From Bigelowiella natans CCMP2755 (lineage: Eukaryota; Protista; Cercozoa), in the NCBI GenBank assembly GCA_000320545.1, contig ADNK01000544.1, forward strand, positions 1 to 64,000: a DNA stretch of 64,000 bases, written 5' to 3'. Shown one piece after another: positions 41,381 to 52,918 of the stretch. A model generated the notes under the pieces. That model saw only the letters and a list, made by a program, of their open reading frames with translations. It did no database searches and had not been told where the DNA came from. Position numbers and translations under genes: made by a program. How positions within the stretch are numbered: position 1 is the stretch's first letter; each line of letters begins with the position of its first letter.

Positions 41381-42616
41381 GCTCTTGTCGCACACACAGA
41401 TATTATCTCTTCTAATAATTCAATAGGGTGACTACCTGGGGAATGTACACTGTAAAGTGTGTGATAGTGAATACTGTTTCTCCTGTGGTTCAATGCCACA
41501 TTGGCCTGTTCCATGCAAATTTATAAATGTCTATGAGGGCGATATCCTAGAGAATAAAAGGTTGGCAATCAATCTATCAGTCACAATAAGAAACGACTAT
41601 CTCTTCACTGCTACTCTTTCTTCAGGCAGCGCTGTGTACAGAACGTAAGGAATAATGGAGGGCGGGCAAATCTCAAAGCTAGAAGGGAACAGGTATCCTA
41701 TTTTACCTTATGCATTTAGGAATGATGATGATGATAATGATGATAATTTATCATCCGTCTCAGGTGAGTTTCAATATGAAAAAGTGCCCCAAATGCCGGA
41801 CCCCATGGTTCAAAGACGGAGGGTTAGTAACATGATGATCCATCATATGTAATAATAATTATGATATTGTTTGTCCATCATCACGTTAGAAGAAAAGAAG
41901 AGAGCACCAATACCACATTTATGTACACCTCTTAACCTAATAAATGCAATGGTGATATTGTTTAGATGCAACCATTTCTCATGTCCTTGTGGGCATCATT
42001 TTTGTTGGATTTGTCTCGGCCCTTGGCAAGATCATGGAAACAGTTTTTATAAATGTGTGCGTAAGAAAGAGGTAGTAGTAGTAACAATAGTAAGCTCTGC
42101 TATTTGCTCTGCTGTCTCTCCTTATTATGTTGTTGCTTGTGTGATAATATCATGATTCTGGTGGTGGTGCTGATGATGCCTTTATTGTTATTATCGTTAT
42201 TATTATTATGTGTTGGTATACTTGATATTAGTATAAAACAAGTGCTTTGAAATTGTCCTTCTCCTCTGAGGAAAGTTGGAATATGGAGATTGACCGACTG
42301 GTGGTTAATGAGGTCGTCATCACTACTCTCATTCACTCACTCAATGTTTTGATGATAGCACTGCTACTCTTTGTGTGTGTGAGTGTGTAGGTCACACATG
42401 CCATCTTTAGCAATGACGTTAAGAAGATTATGGAAGAGAAGAGAGAGAAAACTGTTCGCAAGGTACTTGGTTAGGAACATAGGATGATGAGTGGGACAAC
42501 AAGAAATATAAATATATACTACAACAACAACAACAACACACGAAGTAATAGCGGTCATATTCATCACTCATCATCCATGATCGTTTCTCTTAATTGTAAT
42601 TAATAATAATATTGAC

Positions 42617-42651
<35 letters not shown>

Positions 42652-43153
42652 GGTCGTGGAATGGTGCAGCAATCCTTCTGTAAGCAGGAGTTACATACGT
42701 CAAGTTGCCAGTTTTCTCCATAAAGCCCACGTTTTTATAAGATCTGCGTATATCTTCATCGTTGTCCTGGTGAAGTATTACTTGAGAGAGGGGGGTGATG
42801 ATTGATTTGCTTCGATAGCAAGAGTGATGCTAATAATGACGATAATGATCATGATAAAGTTGGGGGGTCAAAGGGAATGCTACACAGTCTAGAACTTAGA
42901 ATGAGGTTGTTGATTCAGTATCATCCATTTCATTTCATTAACATGTCAGATGCTGATGATGAGCTTCCATATTTGTAGTAGTACCTTTGCTTTGTGACCA
43001 CAGTTATTGTTCAATCTCTGAAAATATCTACAATAACTGGAATCAACATCGAAATATTACTATAGATCATCATCATTTGTCAACTCTGTATTTGCAATTG
43101 TTTTAAGATCTGCAGTATTAACGTTGTACCCAAAGGGGAAGGTGATTCTCTCT

Positions 43154-43193
<40 letters not shown>

Positions 43194-43206
43194 CTCTTAG
43201 TGTGTT

Positions 43207-43289
<83 letters not shown>

Positions 43290-43328
43290 TTGTGTTTTAA
43301 TACTGGTTTTTCTACATGATAACAGTTG

Positions 43329-43363
<35 letters not shown>

Positions 43364-44197
43364 GTTACTTCTCCCTCTACTTCTCTTTTCATCAACATCA
43401 CAATTTATTCCTTGCCCATCATACAGAGCATTGGCGTGAGATGCGCGAGTACAAAGTGAGAAAGAAGAGGGTGGAGATTATCATTGAAGATTCTCTTAGC
43501 CAACTTGAGCAGATGGAGTATGTAGTAGTAGTAGTAGTAGTAGTAGTTGTTGTAGTAGTATCATCACCATGAGTCATGATCATGATGTCGTATCCTTCTT
43601 TTGTCAAGCTAAAATTATTAATAGTCAAATTTGATGCTGATGTTGATGATGATGATGATGAAAGCAAAATACTGCTAGGTCCCATCGGCTAACGCATATT
43701 ATCATTATTTCCATCATCCATCCATTAGGTATCTCACAGACCTCTTGGATCAGATTTTCTGTGTTGTCCCCAATAATCTACTGACAAGGCGAGATCGATA
43801 TCAACTCAATGATACGGTAATAGTGCCTTGTGTGGTATCTTACCTGCTGCCTGGCTGCTTGATCTGAAAGCCTTGGTGCTTTCTATCGTGGCCTATCGTC
43901 CACGCCGTGATAGATAGCCCTTGCTGTTCTTCTTGGACGTATTCTTTTGCTACATCTGCTGCTTCTGCTGCTAGTGCTCATGTTCCTGAGATATTAATCG
44001 GTGAACAATTCCCCATGCTTCAGATTCGAGGTGTACAGAAGTATGCTGTGCAAACTAGCGCACAGTTTGACCTCGCCCGGCAGCAATTTATCGGCAAAGA
44101 TGGAGATTTGTTACTCACGATCGATGGATTTACAGAAGGACTAAAATTTGTTGCAAACAAATCAGCAGAAACCATCGTACGAGCACAAACAGTATGA
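33648..44197 (+). CDS. Ariadne-type RBR E3 ubiquitin ligase with long N-terminal extension (could be two genes)
   Basis: RING1 CEICFEDF...ACRHEFCVDCWKG (39249-39526), CPGFKC, IBR CKVCDSEYCFSCGSMPHWPVPC, RING2 KCPKC...[26 protein letters not shown]..FYKC, Ariadne-like helical tail; TGA at 44195-44197. Confidence 0.85.
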
Positions 44198-44824
44198 GCA
44201 CATTGAATAGCGACGATGTTTGCATGTGAATTAGTTCGACTTTCAGCATGCGTTTATTATACAAATCTAGACACGCTTTTATTTGTACAGACGAGCTATA
44301 GTGTTATAGTGTATGCTAGTATGTTCACCGCTGCTATGCATAGTCGCAAACATATTTCGCGCATGCATCAGTTCTTACATCAGCTACATTCATACTAGCA
44401 TGGAAAGCATTGTATAAATAAGAACATTGCCAGATTGCGTGCAATGCGTATAAAGTTACATGATATATATAGTGCTGTGTCTATTATTTACGCTACGCTC
44501 GATCACAAACGTGTACATGCTAGCATATAAAGCCAAGGTGACTCTTGCATGATTTAATTTGCGAGGCTCTGTGATGTGCAAGTAGCGTTTTGATGTTGTG
44601 GGCCATTAGTAAGGTATCTATCACCACGCTAGCACGTACAGCTAGACAGCATGCTATCGACGATCCATCAAAAAAAGTATCGTCGTAGTTAATACCAATT
44701 TTATCTATTCCTTGCTAGCTAGCTTGTATGGATGCTTTCGATCATATGCATGCTTTTTCATTTCGGATGTATGGTATGATAATAATAATAATAATAACGT
44801 ACGGTGCGAGATTTAACAAAAACG

Positions 44825-44920
44825 GATCGCTATTGGTCTCCACTGCCTCGCTATTATTCCACACAGTTGATAATGGTGGAAATCGAATGGGTTTTAGCGA
44901 AGGTAGCTTCATATTTTCAG
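44825..44920 (-). promoter_or_regulatory. SECIS element 2 (distal) in the selenoprotein 3' UTR
   Basis: Minus strand: AUGAA (44912-44908), GCUACCUUCGCU, AAAA, apical arm UUCCAC/GUGGAA, AGCGAGGCAGU, GGAG (44841-44838). Confidence 0.8.
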
Positions 44921-45061
44921 AAATACGTCTTCTTATGTTTGTTCTCGATCGTTAGGCTTATTCTCCGCATTATTGACAAGTGCTGATTGCAAATGGTGAT
45001 AATGGTGATGATGCTGCATGCTATGCTATGGTCTTCTAAGAAGACGGCAAAAGCTGCTAAA

Positions 45062-45160
45062 TGCATATATTGTCTCCACTGCCTCACTCGATTCCCAACC
45101 ATGACTAAACTGGCAGCAGGGGAATATTGTTTTTTTAGCGAAGGCAGCTTCATATTCGCA
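45062..45160 (-). promoter_or_regulatory. SECIS element 1 (proximal) in the selenoprotein 3' UTR
   Basis: Minus strand: AUGAA (45153-45149), 12-nt GCUGCCUUCGCU, A-run, apical arm AUUCCC/GGGAAU, AGUGAGGCAGU, GGAG (45077-45074); imperfect lower helix UGCGAAU.../...UAUGCA. Confidence 0.83.
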
Positions 45161-45539
45161 GCAGCAGTAGCAGCAGCAGCTACGGTGGTGGTGGTGGTGG
45201 TGATGATGAGAGGGTTAGGGAAAAAAAGAATGAGAGGAGGAGATACCAAGAATAGGGTAGTATATACTCTTCTTCTTGCTCATGAGCAGCAGCTCAGAAG
45301 ACTACGACTACTACTCATGAGAGGTACCTACATACCTACCTCTGATTTTATTTGCCCGCTGTTGGTTGTCATCGAGATAATGATGATGATGATGATGATG
45401 ATGATGGTGGTTGCCTCTTCTCTTCTAATACGGAGTTTCTTGTTCATGCTAACATCTATTATTGTCCTTATGAGAGACTACAGTGGTATGGGCACTCAGA
45501 GATCGTATGAATAGAATATTCATCGATGTTTATTGACAT

Positions 45540-45582
<43 letters not shown>

Positions 45583-45608
45583 ATTCTTCTCCTTAGTTTC
45601 CGCCTCCT

Positions 45609-46092
45609 CTAATGTCACGTAGCACATTCAGACGTATCAACAGTTTCATGATTCTTCTTCTTCTTTCCTTCCCCCCCCTCCTCCTTCTCCTCCTTTGCTG
45701 CTCCCGTATGCAGTAGCAGCTTCCGTGCTGGGTTGAGAGGGTGTACACCTCCTGTTTCTAAGCCGAATAAGACCTTTTCGTAACACTGATCTGCCTTGTA
45801 AAGCATTTGCTTCTCTGTTTGATCTGAAATAGGATGTTGGACCCATACCACCAATGAAAGCACTTCTTCAGCTTTCATTGCACGACCTGCCACCTGTTTG
45901 CCTTGATACAGTGCCTGAGGCATAAATTCGTCCGAAATTAACGCCACAGAGCTCACTCCTCCACGCTCCAAGGATAGCACGTCATGCATGATACATGACG
46001 TGCAGCTTCCTATTAGTTAGTAGTGGTTATAAATCATCGTCAAACAAGCAAGGAAGGGATCGTCGCTATGAGAATAATGATGGACCAGCAGC

Positions 46093-46136
<44 letters not shown>

Positions 46137-46262
46137 TCTTTTGTTGGAGGAATACATACGAACGTAGCGTAATAGCAGCTATAAGAATAATGATAATGGT
46201 GGTGGTGATGATGATGCTCACAAACAACTATTCCGTGTAGTAGCAGTAGCAGGTAGTAGCAG

Positions 46263-46295
<33 letters not shown>

Positions 46296-48120
46296 CCTCA
46301 GTCTGCCAGAGCAGCCACTGCATGTTTAGCCCCACTTGTTAAGATCTCTCTCATCAACTCCAAGGGACATGGCCGACTGAAAGTCGGTTTCACAAAACGC
46401 ATGATCTTGATGTGTGGGTACTGCTCTTGAAGCTTACTTTGCAGACGATCCAGCAGTATATCTCCATTTCCTTTGCTAATATCCAAAAATGCTATGGGTC
46501 CTTCTAACTTGCCCGTGCGTGCTGCTTTAATCAATGACGATCCATTGCTACAACCATGTCCTCCTCCTCCTCCTGCTGCAGCATCTTCTTCTTCTTCTTC
46601 TTGTTCCATCTTCGGATTTAAGAAACAAAAGGGAGGAGGAGGAGAGATTTCTGGTGTTTGCTGATCGTCCTTCTCCTCTTTCTTCTTATCATTCAACGTG
46701 GTGGAGTGCTGCAGTTTATATTTCCTGAGAAGTAGCTTGATACGGTCCTGGACCATACCAAATCTGCTGCTAGCCACTCGTCGTCGTTCAGATTGAGGAG
46801 GAGGAGGAGGAGGAGGAGGAGGAGGAGCATCATTATTTTCTGATCTTGCTTCCCCTTCTCTGTCATCCTCCTTGAACTCCTCATCCTCCTCCTCACCACC
46901 ACCACCACTACCAGCATCGTTGATAATAGTACGACTGATTGGAATTGTCATATTTGCAAGAGGGCCATCTCTTCCAACTCCAAACCCAGGGAAAAATGCT
47001 GAGAATTTTCCAGCACCTCCTCCAGCAACTATGACTTGAAAAGAGTCAGGCCCACACACTTTAGGTACAATGCCTAAAGGTTTGTTTAATATATTGCTTG
47101 AGAACCAGCATATTCCTGCAAGAAAGTACCCCAAACCCCATAGTGCAATCTCTGAAAGGGACTTTGTGAAGAGAAGGACCAAGATCATAGTTCCGATGAA
47201 TATACGTACACCGAGCATCAGATCTACGTTATTTTGCATTGCATCGCTCTTCAGCACCGCAACTAGTATTCCAAGCAAGATCACGCGAAGTGGGAAAAGA
47301 AACTTTGATAGTGTTTTAAAGATAGGTTTTTTGGATAATCTTGGACCAAGCAGCCGTGCCACAATGAACGGAATATCGCTAACCATCAGCCTATTGCAAT
47401 GATCGAAGAGCATCTTCTGGAACTGTTTCTTTGTTTTCACACCGTCCGAAGATAGTAGCTTCCAGTGCTCCTGTAGCATATAATAATAATGATAATAATA
47501 ATAATAAGAAGAAGAAGAATCATAATAAATGTAACAAATATGATGACAATTACGATAATGATAATGATGATGATAATCAAGGTTATCGAATTAGCTTTAA
47601 CATAATTTGCAGTTGCTTAAGAGCTAATATCACCGGAGATATGACGCAGAGAACGTGGTTTAGCAAAGGAATTCGAGACTCATAGAGCGTCTAATCGTTT
47701 ATTATCATGAAGAAGTAAAAGGAGCAACAGTATGTGTTAGTAGTAGTAGCAGTAGTAGGAGGAGGAGGAGGAAAAGGAGGAGGAGGAAAAGAAAGGAGGG
47801 GGTAAGTAATGTGTGTGTAATCATACAGACAAGTCGTAAGCAAAGAAGGAGGATAAATTGAGGAGCTCAAAGATTCTTAAAAAGTGTAAAGGGATGTGAA
47901 GTCATCATCAGCATCAGCATCAGCATCATCATAACAGCAACACCCTCACCACCTTAATAATTCTTGCCATAGATCGACACAGCTCGTATGACGATGTGGT
48001 CTTAAAGTCCACCAACTGATATGGTCCACCTATGAGCGATCAGTACGATCACCATCATATCATCAGACCAAGGGGAATTCAACGGACATAGCGATAACGA
48101 CGATAACGGCAACGACGACG

Positions 48121-48198
<78 letters not shown>

Positions 48199-49332
48199 CC
48201 TGTAACAGCCATTACGGTGACTACATTCTCACTAGGTTTGAAACCCCGCGTAACGTGGTATGGAACCCATCGCTTCAAAGGAGGCTTGTCTTTCCCATAT
48301 TTTATTGGTGACTCTTCTTCCTCTTCTTCAAGCAATTCTTCCAGCTCCCCGATACACAGACCCCATTTATTTGGTGATCCAAGAGTTGTTGATTCAGTCC
48401 CTCCAAGACGAGCTCCACCAACATTTTGAAGCACCAGTTTAATGGCACGACCTATGCTTGCATTCACACGAGTCTACAAAAAAGAAATTGTGTTGCTTAA
48501 GAAGGAAAACAAGTAATTGGGAAAGATATCCTCAATGTATGCGTATTATACATGTATTATTACCCCAGAGCCTAGCACCCCAAGTCTGCAATTTAGCGAG
48601 ATGCTATTCCTGATAGGCCCGTTCACTATCAAAATTGGGCAGCCCCCCATTGTAGTTGCGTGCGATCCATGAAGATTGAATTTTTCATCAAGCATGGCCG
48701 ATGTTGCGGAAAGTACAACGTTGAAGTGTGAAGGGCGGCATCCCGCCATTACTGCGGCAATTGCAACTTTTTCCACGGAAACGGTGCTGTAAGAAGGCGG
48801 ACATTTGCCAAGTACCTGGACAATGGTGATTTGAAGGAATAACACAGCAGCACACGTTTTTAACATATTAAACTCGATTATATTTTAGATTGAAAACATA
48901 TAACTGATGCCACCACCTCTCCTGGCTGAAGCTTTGTCCCTTTGGCGATCATTTGAGCAACCCTCTGAGGCGTCGGGGGTACGACAGGGAGGCCATCAGT
49001 TAGCCCAGATTCGAACAACACCTCGTGAGGATCTTCTCCTGGAGGCACTTTGATCAAGCTAGATTCCATAATTCCCGTTCCTCTTCTTTCTCTTCCTCTT
49101 CTTTCTCCTCTTCCCCCCCCCTCTTCCTCCTGCTCTTTCCGAAAGAGTTGAGATTTGTTTGTACAAGCACCCGCGTGATGAATGACAATGATGTAAAAGA
49201 CAATGATTAGGCTAAAATAGCCTCAGTTTGAATACTGCGACAACAAATAGCAACACATATTACTTGCCCTCCGCATACCTTCGTCGTACTCCATCCATTT
49301 GAACTTCTTACAAGCACTTCATGTGAGGGCAT
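45609..49332 (-). CDS. Multi-selenocysteine protein: bacterial-type TDGLPVVPPT domain with transmembrane insert, UGSC thioredoxin-like domain, C-terminal CxxU; start uncertain
   Basis: Exons carry GLTDGLPVVPPT, VEKVAIAAVMAGCRP, FNLHGSHATT, NASIGRAIKL, VISP|EH, IVAGGGAGKFSAF, then FLDISKGNGD..LDRL, FVKPTFSRP, ALAD-TGA(46300-46298)-G | intron 46296-46010 | GSCTSCIMHD, and ECAT-TGA(45617-45615)-H-TAG(45611-45609). Two SECIS-like hairpins lie downstream. Confidence 0.87.
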
Positions 49333-49876
49333 GGGGGACTTTGCACGAGAAATTCATCGCTTCTTCGTCTTTGCTTTCCTATTCTTAGCCTCAGCTGCAC
49401 CCGTTTGCAAGTCGAATGTACCTTGTTTAAAGATCTTCGGTCATCGGATGAGCAACAATAGAATGCGATCAAAAGTAGTATATGGAAGCAGATCCATTGC
49501 CTCAAGGACGGTCAGAGTTTTGTGCGACGGTATTTGATAACCATATCATGTAGGAATGATTTCATTCTCATTATAACTATCGTCCTTGCATTAATACTTT
49601 GTGGCAGCTGAGAATCAAGATGGAAATGGGAGCGGGCATTCAATAAACCTACAAGTTCTGAGAGAAGAGGAAGAAGAACTGCAAAACTACCTCCAATACA
49701 TTGGAGCATTATTAACGCGAAATGAAGCGCAGAGAGACAGTTTCGTGAGTGAAAAAGATCAATGGGATGCACAAAGTGAGGAAGATCGTCAGGATATCCT
49801 CTCGAAGCCAAGTATTGAAGCAAGAATAGAAGAGATAAAGAAAATTTTATCAGAGCACGGTGGCGAGAGCAGATAA
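49331..49876 (+). CDS. Small hypothetical protein with signal peptide and transit-peptide-like leader; exons 49331-49529, 49608-49876
   Basis: MGDFAREIHRFFVFAFLFLASAAPV, then an S/R-rich stretch; GT-AG intron 49530-49607 joins in frame to an acidic helical domain (RNEAQRDSFVSEKDQW). Confidence 0.7.
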
Positions 49877-49899
49877 ATGATATGCAATGCTAATGACAA

Positions 49900-51037
49900 A
49901 TGAGGAATGACACTTGTTGGTGATGTTCACCAGATGCTATTCACAACAGCTGCACATCTTTGTCGTATTTGTAGCTTTGCAGTGAACTCTGTCGTGCATG
50001 GATACTGAAATTCAATTCCAAATCAAAACATCGTACATGCATTGCTAGCCGATGATCATGAACAGTTCCTATTCACGCTTTATGTCACTTTAGCCGGTGG
50101 TTTGCTGCGCAGGCGGTCGTCTACAGCGGTGTGCGGTGTGCGCTCGATCACATGCACGTGTTTGTTTCATATTCATTTCATGAAATTGATGTTGCTTGAG
50201 CACCACCATTGGACAACTTTGGTTCATCGATCAGTGAGTGTGGCTTGCGAGGTTCCAGAGGTCTAGAGGTTGTTGCTCCACACCTCCTAGACAAGCTCAT
50301 GCACAACAATGGACAAAGTGCACATTGTGCGTGCATTGCACGCAGTGCGCGTGGGGACTCATAGTCCATGTGCGTGTGTCCATGTGGTGTGCTAGCTGAT
50401 GGTGACAATTGCACATGGCTAGCTGGTGTGACGACCTAGCGACGTGCATTCTCATGCACAGCCCAGGGGCGCACGATCGATGGTGTGCAAGCTGGCTCTG
50501 CTGTCTAGCTGTGGCTGTGCACGCATGCCACGTGCAATGCCATGAAACGATGGCGTGTCAAAATCCAAATCACGTGACGTGCTGCAATGAGGATGCGAGC
50601 ACCACTGATTTGTTCGACAATGATGAGAAGAAAAGTGATGAGTGAATGGCGGGTTGCGCACAAACGATGTGAATGGGTGTTTGTCCCAGTGGTGGCCGTG
50701 GCCGGAAGAATCAATGGGAGCACAAGCTAGTTCTAGCTAGCAATTCCTTGCCTTTCTGCCGAATCAACTGTGGAAACAACGCACCGAAAAAAAAGACAAA
50801 CACAAAACAATGATGAGAAACAACGTTTCCAAAAGTGTCGCAAGACACTTGCAATGAACAATTGACAATGATGAAAAACCACATTTCCAAAGTGTGACAA
50901 GACACTTGCAGTGTGCGAAATGCAGTGCCTCAAACTGGCTTCAGTGAGGACTGAAAACTGTGCCTCGAACCAACTTTGGTGGGCTAGTGAGAACTAACTA
51001 GTGAAACAAAAAGGAATCAAGAATGGCATTCTAGCCA
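49900..51037 (-). mobile_element. Non-coding dispersed repeat, copy 2; left end approximate
   Basis: 50880-51037 is a diverged reverse complement of 16846-16960; similarity stops at ...GAATGGCATTCTAGCCA; same subterminal repeat (TTTCCAAA..GTG.CAAGACACTTGCA twice). Confidence 0.7.
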
Positions 51038-51409
51038 CTCCTCCATTCCTAGTTTCATTGTCTTTTGTGCCTAATCTTTGTCAACTTCAGGACCAACTTG
51101 CAATGCACAAACTGTGTCCATTGCATGAGAAGGCCACGGGACGCGTTGATTGAGGGATGAAAATCAACATCATAGTCCTCCCTCAATAAATCCACAAATG
51201 ACCTGCGTTTATGGGGTAAGCCAAGCCGATTTCTTCTCTGTTTTTAGTTACCGAGGGAGTGGCAGACTGTTGCCAATTCTGGTCCAAATTTTATCCTCAC
51301 AACATCCTAAGATATTTTAACGAAAAATTGAAAGCCTCCCAACAAACATAGAACAGAACAAAATTTACGGTAGCGGTCCTCAAATCGTCCTCAATGGCTC
51401 CTGCCGTGT

Positions 51410-52885
51410 ATGTGCTGCTACTGCCCACATCAGAGAAATGAGGGAGAATCAGCGGGGCGGCAAAAAAGAAGAGGGCCAAAGAGGTTTCTTGTGGTAGGAA
51501 GCCTTCTTGTAATAGTTGGAGGGATATTGAATCCACCAGAAAGAGGAAGGAGAAGGATAAACTTGGAAAACAAGTTGCATGAAGCAAGCAGTTACAACAG
51601 CCGAGAGGCAAGAAGAAGTCGGATAGCTCTACCCGCCATTATGATAAATGCAGAAGGTAGCAGCAATAGTTTCCTTAGCTTACGGAATCTCCGTTCAAGG
51701 ACTTGGGAGGAGTGTGGTGACACACGCGGTTTGAGCGGAGGTGCCAAGAAGAGAGTTGTAGTACATCGCTACGGAGATGCTCAGAAATACATGGTAGTAA
51801 CAACAGCGCTATTGCATCCAAACTGCATTGTTATCATCGCAATTCAATACATTTATCATCAGGATGATTTAGACGATGTCAGGCTCACGGGAGACTTTGA
51901 ATGGATCGATGGATACTCAGAATCCTCAAACACGTAGAATAAATACTACTACTACGTCGTAGTAGTAATAGTAGTAATAGTAGTAGTAGTAATAGTAGTA
52001 GCAGAAAAGGAAGAGAAAGAATTTGGTGCTGTTCTTCTTTTCGCCACCTCGACAAGAAGACCCCAGTAGAAATGGAAATTTGAAGAAGAAGGAGAAATAG
52101 ATTGGGAATTCTGATAGACTTTCTCGATCACATTGAGTGAATTGTCTTTTTGTTGCATTTGGGTTCCTCTCTCTCCCTCTTCTTCTTCCCCTTCATCCTG
52201 CTGCAGTATAGAAGAAGTAGAAGAAAGTCGGACAGTGATTAGTGAAAGTGAGGTTGTGGAAGTGCTTAGGAGCCAGGGCTGTGACAAGCCTTACGATCCC
52301 TATCAAAAATATGGCCTGGTAGTAATTTAAATATTTCCATTCTTGAGATTACGTGGAATTTCTTCATTAGGAGGAACATGTTATCGAACACAGTTAATTG
52401 TGGATAGATTGTTGTCATAGTATCTTCTTCATCTTTGATCACTTGTATTCTTATTATATCATCATGATTGCTGCTTAAGGGTGCCTTTAACGCTACACCG
52501 TCGTGGACGGAGAGAGAAACATATTGGTAATGTTCTAGTCTGACCGTTGATGTCCACCATTCACTTAAAGATCTGCATCATCTGGCCACATATGATTGAT
52601 CTATCAGGAGACTGCTTTCTAAAAGTCCGTATCCCAACGGCGTGTGCCCGAAATCGGTTGTTTGGAAGACAGAACACAATATAACATTCAATGTATGCAT
52701 CGACTATATATCGATCTACTGGTATTTGATTTGTAGATGAAGGAAGGCTGCGTTATTAATTATTGGGATTATTTGTTGTTATTTGTTATTATCTATGCAT
52801 GAATATGTGTAGGTCCGGGAACATTTCAAAGAAGCTGTCAAGATGGTAGTTATAGGAAATAAATACTACATTCATCATCAATTAT

Positions 52886-52918
<33 letters not shown>

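Noticed and set aside
44195-46300. Genome-wide UGA reassignment as the explanation for the in-frame TGAs
   Set aside because: TGA acts as an ordinary stop elsewhere (pol, IQUB, RBR gene), Trp is encoded by TGG, and the two well-supported in-frame TGAs sit in Cys-paired motifs of a SECIS-bearing gene.
49300-49357. Minus-strand MNFSCKVPHALT-TGA-SAC, an apparent UxxC
   Set aside because: It overlaps the coding start of the plus-strand gene and cannot be joined simply to the downstream conserved frame; likely chance.
49440-49823. Minus-strand ORFs 49512-49823 and 49308-49505 linked by an in-frame TGA (RTKL-U-PSLR)
   Set aside because: Antisense to a better-supported spliced plus-strand gene, and there is no redox motif.
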